Shown here: piece after piece, positions 51,800 through 58,933 of the stretch | How the letters are laid out: each line of letters begins with the position of its first letter | How positions within the stretch are numbered: position 1 is the stretch's first letter | Origin: an uncultured cyanobacterium | GTDB lineage: Bacteria > Cyanobacteriota > Cyanobacteriia > Cyanobacteriales > CAWCAG01 | Assembly: GCA_963793425.1 (NCBI GenBank) | Contig: CAWCAG010000005.1 | Span: 1,600,001 to 1,664,000, forward strand | Direction of reading: 5' to 3' | DNA: 64,000 nucleotides | Program-made: the position numbers and the translations under genes | Notes under the pieces: generated by a model | The model's database searches: none | Told to the model about the DNA's origin: nothing | The model's input: only the letters and a program-made list of their open reading frames with translations

Positions 51800-51902
51800 T
51801 TTTGATAATTTCGCACCTATGTAATTCGTAGCGTTTGCCATCATTGAGATATAGTTCAATAAATCCATCGAAGGTGAATAATTGGGACAAAGCCTAAGTC
51901 AT
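51800..51902 (-). pseudogene. 5' remnant of a second Uma2-family gene
   Basis: MT*ALSQLFTFDGFIELYLNDGKRYELHRCEII resembles the Uma2 N-terminus (TF.EF..YP....YEL..G.I); stop at codon 3. Confidence 0.55.
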
Positions 51903-51977
51903 TATTTAACCTCCACAAGACAGCTTGTTCCTCACTATATAGCAATTCTATTTCTTAAAAATGGAACTTAAAAACTG

Positions 51978-52383
51978 ATGAATAAAGCGAGTGCAAAAAT
52001 CATTGCTTCTACATTTCCTTTTTGGGAAAAACTGGATACTGAAACCAAGACAGATTTTCTTACCCAAAGTCAGCTTCTAACCTTGTCCCCAAATCAATTT
52101 GTTTGTTTAGAGGGGGACTTTTGTAATCTTTTACCACTAGTAATTTCTGGCAGTGTACGTATTTATAAAATAGGAGAAAGTGGCAGAGAAATCACTCTTT
52201 ATCATCTAGGTAAAGGCGACTGTACAAATAACCCATGAAGCAATCGCCCAAGAATTGGGTACTTCTAGAGAAGTAGTTAGTCGTATTCTCAAAACTTTTG
52301 AAAAACAAGAATTATTATCTTTGTCACGGGGGAAAATTGAACTCAAAAACTGTTCAAAAATTGCAAATATCGCCCTAGGATGA
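51978..52383 (+). pseudogene. Crp/Fnr-family regulator with internal deletion
   Basis: cNMP part (SGSVRIYKIGESGREITLY) joined out of frame at about 52225 to the HTH QITHEAIAQELGTSREVVSRILK. Confidence 0.85.
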
Positions 52384-52403
52384 ATTTTCTAAGTTATAGA
52401 CTT

Positions 52404-52426
52404 TTCTGTGTGACTTTATCACAGAA
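52404..52426. promoter_or_regulatory. Palindromic putative Crp-family operator
   Basis: TGTGA-CTTTA-TCACA within ttctgtgtgactttatcacagaa, just after the crp remnant. Confidence 0.5.
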
Positions 52427-52518
52427 TAAATCGAGCTAAACTGATTACTATTTTCATAGTTGGTTGAAGATGAGCAGTTTTTCCTGGAATGGCAGATTAA
52501 TCTACCAGAAATTAGTAC

Positions 52519-53352
52519 TATAGCAATTCTAAATGATTTGTGAAAAGGCAGTGAACTTATTTATATTGGGAAAGCTGAAAAGCTTGAATTCAACAAGAAG
52601 TTGAAATATTTGATTAACTATCTTAAAGTTTTTGCCAAAACGATAAAACTTTCGTAATAATGATTTCAATTGTAGCCAGACTGCTTCTACCGGATTTTCT
52701 TCTGGGGCATAAGGTGCAAAAAGATGACAATCTATTTTCCATTTCTGTTTCTTTTTCAAGTATATTTAATGCTCCATAATATGTTTGTCGGTTTCGGCTG
52801 TTTTCAATCTGTATTTTTACTCGTTCAATTGACTGCCCCCAAACCTGCCCACAAAGGTCATCTCCGAGTAAGTGGCATTCGTCAATTGCATATACAGCAA
52901 TCTCTTGTGCTGCTTCAAATACCACATCATACTCTTCTATTAGATGAATCTCTAAATCTCCTATGTCCCAATAATCTTGACAAAGTATCCACTTAACTAC
53001 TTCTTCTATTTCTTGCTCACTTAGCTTTTTTTTGCACCTTTATACCCCAATCTCAATCCTTCTATTCCCTTTGCTTTAAATCTTTTCTTCCACTTACTTA
53101 CAAACCCAGGTGATACGTTGATAATCTCTTTGATTGCACGATAAGCGTAGCCTTGTAAGGCTAGTTTTACTGCTAATGCTCTCTTCATTTCTCTAGCATC
53201 AGGATGAATGTCTAGAAATCTCTGCAATTTTTCTATCTGTTTTTCCACTACACTTTTAGGCTCTTCCATTTCTAGATGCTTCTCTAAAGTATTGGTTTTA
53301 TTTTATCTTTTTTTACGCAATCTATTTTTACATCTCAAATAGAATTGCTATA
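52519..53352 (-). mobile_element. Degraded IS630-family element
   Basis: Imperfect ~27-bp TIRs beginning TATAGCAATTCTA with terminal TA; transposase fragments 53021-53269 (HTH), 52623-52925 (AIDECH) and 52529-52759 (APYAPEENPVE). Confidence 0.9.
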
Positions 53353-53366
53353 TCTGAAGGGTAATC

Positions 53367-54536
53367 ATGGGAAGTTATAAGCGGATCAAAAAGCCTAGTT
53401 TTCAACCATCTAAAGCTTCACAAAATCCCAATCTACAACAAAAACGTGAGCCAGGGATGCCACAGCAACAACCAAAGGGGCAAACCTTAGAAGAGATGGA
53501 AATTGCTAGGAAGAATGCTGAACGTCTGGGCGACCATATGTTTGATTTTTCTTCAACCTCTCCTCCAGGAGTCCAAGCAAAGTTAAATGTCGGGGAGGCG
53601 GGAGATAAGTATGAACAAGAAGCAGATTCTGTCGCTAGCCAAGTAGTAGAAGAGATTAATTCTTCTCAAGGAGAAGTCGGGCCAAGTGTGATGCGTCAGT
53701 GTGAGGTTTGTGAGGCAGAAAAGGAAAAACCTTCAACTTCTTTGCAGCGTCAAGGAGAGGTCGCCGAAGGTAAAGCTTTAGATGGATTCTTACATGATAA
53801 CGAGAGAGTAGGGCAAGACGGCTTTATTTACCAAGGGGATTATGCACAGGAGTTGACTCCTATGGTGCAGCCAAGAAGAGAACAGATTAATTCTTTTGCT
53901 GTTCCAGAAACAGGGCAAAGGGAAACTGAGCCGAATGTAATGCTTAAGTGTGATGCTTGTGAGGCAGAAAAGGAAGAATCTTCAGTAGTGCGAGCAAAGA
54001 CAACTGTAGAGGAATCAGAGGATAAAGATAGCCAAAAAGCTTTAGAAGCTAGAGAAAAACCTACTGAGCTTGATACAAAAATAGGCACTCCACAAGAAGT
54101 AGCGGCAGCACAATTGGCTATTCCCTTCGCATTACTGGGAACACTTCTTGTTGCTGGAGGTGCAACGGGCATTATCGTCCAATGGGAATATATTAATGGT
54201 ACAGTTGTAGAAATGATGGAAATCGCTGTTGATTGGACAACGGATACAGCTAGTGAAATAACTGATCGTCTTATTGAGGCAGTTGGTGATATAGGAGTAG
54301 TAGGTCATAGCGCCCTCAGAAGATATAGAGGAGCTATAAAAAATGCTATACAAAGTTTGTTAGAACAAAACAAGCCGAGGAGAAAAAGATGCGAATATGT
54401 TGGAGAATTCGGAGGTGCGAGTGGTGTTAAGACATGTAGTTACAATTGTCGTGGATATGGTGCATTGGCAAATTTTGGTTGGCCTGCAAATCAACCATGT
54501 CCACCATCTTTTGAGGGCGATTTTCCTGGGCCGTAG
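53367..54536 (+). CDS. Putative polymorphic toxin or contractile-injection-system effector
   Basis: VQAKLNVGEAGDKYEQEADSVA motif typical of DUF4157-associated N-termini; two CxxCEAEKE repeats; hydrophobic helix; 4-Cys C-terminal domain. Confidence 0.65.
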   Translation: MGSYKRIKKPSFQPSKASQNPNLQQKREPGMPQQQPKGQTLEEMEIARKNAERLGDHMFDFSSTSPPGVQAKLNVGEAGDKYEQEADSVASQVVEEINSSQGEVGPSVMRQCEVCEAEKEKPSTSLQRQGEVAEGKALDGFLHDNERVGQDGFIYQGDYAQELTPMVQPRREQINSFAVPETGQRETEPNVMLKCDACEAEKEESSVVRAKTTVEESEDKDSQKALEAREKPTELDTKIGTPQEVAAAQLAIPFALLGTLLVAGGATGIIVQWEYINGTVVEMMEIAVDWTTDTASEITDRLIEAVGDIGVVGHSALRRYRGAIKNAIQSLLEQNKPRRKRCEYVGEFGGASGVKTCSYNCRGYGALANFGWPANQPCPPSFEGDFPGP

Positions 54537-54592
54537 TCTTAGTTCTGTGCTTATATTGAAGAGTAATTAATTTTAGAGAAATATTGAAAGTT

Positions 54593-54988
54593 ATGGATAA
54601 TTTTCAAGAGGGTTTGAGAGCTTTTGAGAGCAAAGACTATCAGAAAGCATTTCGGCTACTAGAACCAATTGCAGAAACTGGAAATGCAGAAGCTCAATGT
54701 ATCATTGCTAATATGTACCAGTTAGGAATGGGTAGGAATAGAGATATTTTCCAAGCAGTCAATTGGTATAAAAAAGCTTCTGAAAATGGTTATGGAGTAG
54801 CTTCTAATAATTTGGGAGGGATTTTCTTAACGGGTGACGATGGAATTGAAGTAGATCAATCAGAAGCCAAGGAATGGTATTCTCTAGCTAGGAAGCAGGG
54901 ATTCATCAACACACCTGCCCTAGAAAATTTACCTTCCCTTGCCCAGAGAATATTGGAAGCCCAACAGAAATTTCCCAAGAGTCGTTGA
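54593..54988 (+). CDS. Sel1-repeat protein, putative immunity protein
   Basis: AETGNAEAQ..IANMY.LG.G and A.NWYKKA.ENG repeats. Confidence 0.85.
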   Translation: MDNFQEGLRAFESKDYQKAFRLLEPIAETGNAEAQCIIANMYQLGMGRNRDIFQAVNWYKKASENGYGVASNNLGGIFLTGDDGIEVDQSEAKEWYSLARKQGFINTPALENLPSLAQRILEAQQKFPKSR

Positions 54989-55006
54989 TGTGGTTATAGT
55001 AGTGCT

Positions 55007-55567
55007 TTGGAAATTTTAGAAAAAATAGAAAACAGCTTTGGTAATTCACTTTATCCTGGTGACAATAATATTGTTTATGACAATAGTGGCAAATCTTTGG
55101 AATGTTTGGATATTGAGCAAGCTTTCCAGGGCAAACACTGGAGAGATATCCCCAGTGAAACCATAATTCACCAAAATTCTGCTCTAACCTTTTTTTCTGT
55201 AGAGGCATTCAGATTCTATTTACCCGCTTATCTTTGTGTGGCCGTAGAGCATTATTATCCCTCTGATGTTATACCTGATTATATAGTTAGTAAATTGACA
55301 TTACCAATAGAAGTAGATGCTTTTAAAGCGGCTTATGATCTCAGGAATTACAAAGAGCTAGAGGTGGAGTTAGCTGAAATTTTGCAAAACCGGTTAGAAA
55401 GTTGTCATCGAAGTGTACATAGATTTATGGAGAGAATGTCAGGTTTTAGTCGTGAACAAGGTAAAACGATCAAAGAGTATTTAGAATATATGCAAGCTCA
55501 TCATGGAGAAGATTATCCTTCGAACAAAATACAAGTAGCTATTGAGCGTTATTGGTTTGTCTTCTAG
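55007..55567 (+). CDS. DUF6714-like putative immunity protein (no ATG start)
   Basis: F.GKHW.D and L.FFS.EAFRFYLPAYL motifs. Confidence 0.65.
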   Translation: MEILEKIENSFGNSLYPGDNNIVYDNSGKSLECLDIEQAFQGKHWRDIPSETIIHQNSALTFFSVEAFRFYLPAYLCVAVEHYYPSDVIPDYIVSKLTLPIEVDAFKAAYDLRNYKELEVELAEILQNRLESCHRSVHRFMERMSGFSREQGKTIKEYLEYMQAHHGEDYPSNKIQVAIERYWFVF

Positions 55568-55581
55568 AAACTGAGTAACTA

Positions 55582-56079
55582 ATGTCAGAAATAACTTGGG
55601 AACTAGGGAAAACCTATAATTGGCGCGATGCTTTCAAAACACCAATCTTAGATTGGGCAAAACCGTTATTACCCCTATTCAATTTGCCCCCAAATATCGT
55701 TACACATCTGCCTTTACTTACATCCGTTAATCAGCAAATTGATACAGAACTAACTCAGGGCTACCGTTGGGCTAGAGAAAACCAGCACTTAGGAGTCTTA
55801 GTTAGAGATAAATATGGATTTATAGATAAGACAGGAAAAATAGTTATAGAGCCACAATTTGACCAAGTTCATTACTTTTCAGAAGGATTAGCTAGCATAA
55901 GTACAGGTAAGTATAGACGTAAATGTAGTGGCTACATTGATAAAACAGGGGAGGTAGTTATACCTGCACAATTTGATATAGCAGCAAGCTTTTGTTCTGG
56001 AATAGCATCAGTATGGATTGATTCTCAGGAAGGATATATTAACAGAAAGGGTGAATATATCTGGGAACCAACCAACTAG
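55582..56079 (+). CDS. WG-repeat (KWG) protein with an unrelated N-terminus (probable chimera)
   Basis: KYGFIDKTGK.VIEPQFD...FSEGLA repeats from about residue 75. Confidence 0.8.
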   Translation: MSEITWELGKTYNWRDAFKTPILDWAKPLLPLFNLPPNIVTHLPLLTSVNQQIDTELTQGYRWARENQHLGVLVRDKYGFIDKTGKIVIEPQFDQVHYFSEGLASISTGKYRRKCSGYIDKTGEVVIPAQFDIAASFCSGIASVWIDSQEGYINRKGEYIWEPTN

Positions 56080-56183
56080 TTTTTAGCAAATATCTAATTT
56101 ATATCAAATATTAGAAACAAAATAAAATGATTAATGTTGATCCTTTGAGTATGGAGTGATTAAACTAAAATATTTATTAGTTA

Positions 56184-57011
56184 ATGAAAAGCTCAAATAT
56201 ATCCAGTTTATTAAAACAGTGTAGTTCTGGTGAACCTCAACAGCAAGCACCCGCAATTATAGAGTTAGTAAAAATAAAAGCATACTCTGCTGTGACAATT
56301 TTACTAGAATTGCTGCAATCAACAGATGAGTCTATTCGCTCCAATGCAGCATACGCTCTTGGACGTTTGGGAGAAAGAGAAGTTGAATCTGTTGGACCAG
56401 CTCTGATAAGCTTGCTAGAAGATCCAGAAACCCTGGTGAGATCAGATGCAGCAGAGTCTCTTGGTTTACTTGCCTATCAACCCGCACGAGAGGCTGTTGA
56501 GTTTCTGTTGCAAAATGATACGGAGCCATTTATTCGTGCTGATGCTGCTGAGACTCTTGGAGACTTAGGAGATGCCCAAGCTATAGATTCTTTAAAACTA
56601 GCTATGGAAGATCCTGATTCTTCAGTGCGTTCCTACGCAGCAAATTCTCTCGGTTTATTAGGTACGTCCGAGTTAATACCACAACTTCAAGCTTACTTAG
56701 ACTCAGAAGATTATTTAGAAGTAAAGGCAGAATTATGGGGCGCTCAATATAGGTTAGGGCGAGAAAAAGCCTTGGAAGAATTTTTGCAAGCTTTAAGGGA
56801 TACTGACGAGGATTTAGCAACAAATATGTTGAATGTTTTAGATGATTTATTATCTCGCAATTTACCTCCAACAATTACTAGGGATGCAGAACATATTGAT
56901 GATATTTTGAGTTTAGTTCAAAATCGTTTTTTATTGTTGTCTCCTCATGCTCAGAAGCTCAGGAATAAATTGATTGATATACAAAGAGGCAATGCTAGAG
57001 CAGAGACTTAG
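56184..57011 (+). CDS. HEAT-repeat protein, putative immunity protein
   Basis: Repeated D...VR..AA.SLG.LG units. Confidence 0.88.
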   Translation: MKSSNISSLLKQCSSGEPQQQAPAIIELVKIKAYSAVTILLELLQSTDESIRSNAAYALGRLGEREVESVGPALISLLEDPETLVRSDAAESLGLLAYQPAREAVEFLLQNDTEPFIRADAAETLGDLGDAQAIDSLKLAMEDPDSSVRSYAANSLGLLGTSELIPQLQAYLDSEDYLEVKAELWGAQYRLGREKALEEFLQALRDTDEDLATNMLNVLDDLLSRNLPPTITRDAEHIDDILSLVQNRFLLLSPHAQKLRNKLIDIQRGNARAET

Positions 57012-57024
57012 AAATTAGACTGCT

Positions 57025-57197
57025 ATGGAACTCATATCTCCCTGGGACGATTCAGAAAGTAGTGATTGGTTACGAATCCTATCTTTACCAACCCTAGAAT
57101 GGACGCAACCCTTCATCCCTCTATTAGGTTGGCCTCAAGAATTAAAAGAATAGAAAAAAGCTTTGGTAACTCACCTTATCCTGGTGACAATAACATT
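57025..57197 (+). pseudogene. Fragments of two further immunity-like cassettes
   Basis: 42-aa ORF 57025-57153 resembles the N-terminus of 55582; 57149-57197 is 45/49 identical to 55024-55072. Confidence 0.7.
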
Positions 57198-57211
57198 TTT
57201 TTATAAAATGA

Positions 57212-58840
57212 CTAAGAACTTTTAACTACAAATTCTAAAGCTTGCCCATAAGTACTACCAAACTTGATTTGCACCCCAGAATTCAAAGCTACTTCTTGAT
57301 GATGGATTCTTTGCCAACCTTGGGGTGTTGATAAAAAGGTTCCATAGCGAGAAAAATCCCTGAGAAAATAATTCTTTTCTAAATCTTGCCCAGCAAAAAT
57401 TTCTCGACAAATAATTTGAGCATGGTTTTGTGAAACCCATTTTTCTTGAATTACTAAATCGTTTTCCCGGCGACGACCTACTCGCATCAATCCACCACGA
57501 ATATACCAAACTTGACTAACATTATCTACAGAATGAATAGAAGCTACTAGTTTCGGTTGAGAAGGTGACTTACTCGATGTCGGCATCACAGGAAGTTCAG
57601 TAATCCCTTCGTCCACAGCTTTGATTAGTTTGCCATCAAACTCTGGGTGCATATAAAGAATGGGTAGAGTCCAGGCAGGTTGATTAAACTTATAAAGAGT
57701 TAATAGCTGCTGCCTCGCCACTGCTACTGCTTGATCAATAGCCATTCTTTCACAGAGGGATTCTGCAAGAGCCTGGATAAAACTAAGGGCTTCATCATCG
57801 GCAATAGGATCTCTCATGCCTAAGACAGCCGGAACACCATGGTGAATCAACACCTCTGCTAGGCTACTACGCTTGATAGCTAGTTTACCAATACGATCTG
57901 GTTGAGCGCCCCAGCAAGCATTGAAAACTGCTAAGGTAACTTTATTTCTTACCAAGACTTGGGCTAATTCTGTACCGTTGATGGTAGCATCAGGGCGCAG
58001 AAAAAGTAATCCTCCATCTGGGGCAGGGACACAATGCCCTGCATAGATCAAAACATTATATTTTTCTGTTTCTAAAGCCTCAATTAAAGTCGCTGGGGTG
58101 GGCTGAATCAAAGAATCAACACAAGCAGGTACAGGATAAACAAATTTGTTTAAATCCGGCTGAAGTTGATTTTGTTGTTCAACTACTTTAGCCAAAGTTG
58201 CGGCTTCTTGCTCTAGTTTAAGGGAGTTGAATTGCTCATGTTTTTGTTCGTCATGACCTAATACCAAAAGGATATTCAATTCTTCTTGAGCTGGATATCG
58301 CTTCAAAGGGTCAACATCGTTAGTGGTACGACTAAACAAAAGCTGTTGGTTCAAAGAAATTGCTTGCTTGCCTGCTTCTGGTTGCATAATTTCCCAAGGC
58401 AGAGAAATTAAGTTGGGGTCGCGCATTTCTAGACGTAGACGGAGAGGCTTATTTTGACCAATGGCAATACCTTGACTTTGGGCCAAGCTATTACGTATTA
58501 AACCTTTAAACAGCCACTGCCACAAATTAATACCAAAATCTTGCATCAATCTGCTGCCATAACCTTGGGAAGAATCTCCATTAGAAATATCTAGCTCTGA
58601 GGAGGATGGCAGGGTAGAATTTGGCTCTAGTGGGAAAGGTAAGTGGGGATCTCCTTCAATAGAGAACATTTCTTGCCAGGCTAGCCATTTTTGGGTCAAC
58701 TCTTCTGACCAAATACAGTCATGGTGAACATAACCCCCTGGAAAAGGAGCTTTGAGAATCCAAATAGCAAAGTTTTCTGATCCTGCCTGAGTCAGACGAG
58801 CGATCGCAAGACTGAGGCTGGGAGTAAAGCCTGAAGACAT
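57212..58840 (-). CDS. CHAT-domain (HetF-like) protein with C-terminal FHA domain
   Basis: LPWE, YAGH and FNACWG (His/Cys dyad), W.LP.LY; FHA VGR...VSQNHA...SRYGT. Confidence 0.88.
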   Translation of the reverse strand: MSSGFTPSLSLAIARLTQAGSENFAIWILKAPFPGGYVHHDCIWSEELTQKWLAWQEMFSIEGDPHLPFPLEPNSTLPSSSELDISNGDSSQGYGSRLMQDFGINLWQWLFKGLIRNSLAQSQGIAIGQNKPLRLRLEMRDPNLISLPWEIMQPEAGKQAISLNQQLLFSRTTNDVDPLKRYPAQEELNILLVLGHDEQKHEQFNSLKLEQEAATLAKVVEQQNQLQPDLNKFVYPVPACVDSLIQPTPATLIEALETEKYNVLIYAGHCVPAPDGGLLFLRPDATINGTELAQVLVRNKVTLAVFNACWGAQPDRIGKLAIKRSSLAEVLIHHGVPAVLGMRDPIADDEALSFIQALAESLCERMAIDQAVAVARQQLLTLYKFNQPAWTLPILYMHPEFDGKLIKAVDEGITELPVMPTSSKSPSQPKLVASIHSVDNVSQVWYIRGGLMRVGRRRENDLVIQEKWVSQNHAQIICREIFAGQDLEKNYFLRDFSRYGTFLSTPQGWQRIHHQEVALNSGVQIKFGSTYGQALEFVVKSS

Positions 58841-58933
58841 TCCTCGCCTATATTGAGTAAAAAAGCAAGCCCATATTAATTATGGAGTATGAAGTATAAG
58901 TTTTTAAGCTACTACACCCAGATATCTGCATTT

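Noticed and set aside
54986..54988. Selenocysteine recoding of the in-frame TGA, prompted by the selenate-type binding protein in the window
   Set aside because: No evident SECIS-like hairpin, not a redox family, and no sel genes visible
57030..57110. Possible tRNA fragment or att site at the island edge
   Set aside because: No cloverleaf or T-loop consensus; better explained as a 42-aa coding fragment
52500..57200. Absence of HIP1 as proof of horizontal transfer of the toxin locus
   Set aside because: The neighbouring native-looking 47-52 kb region also lacks perfect HIP1 sites, so the signal does not discriminate
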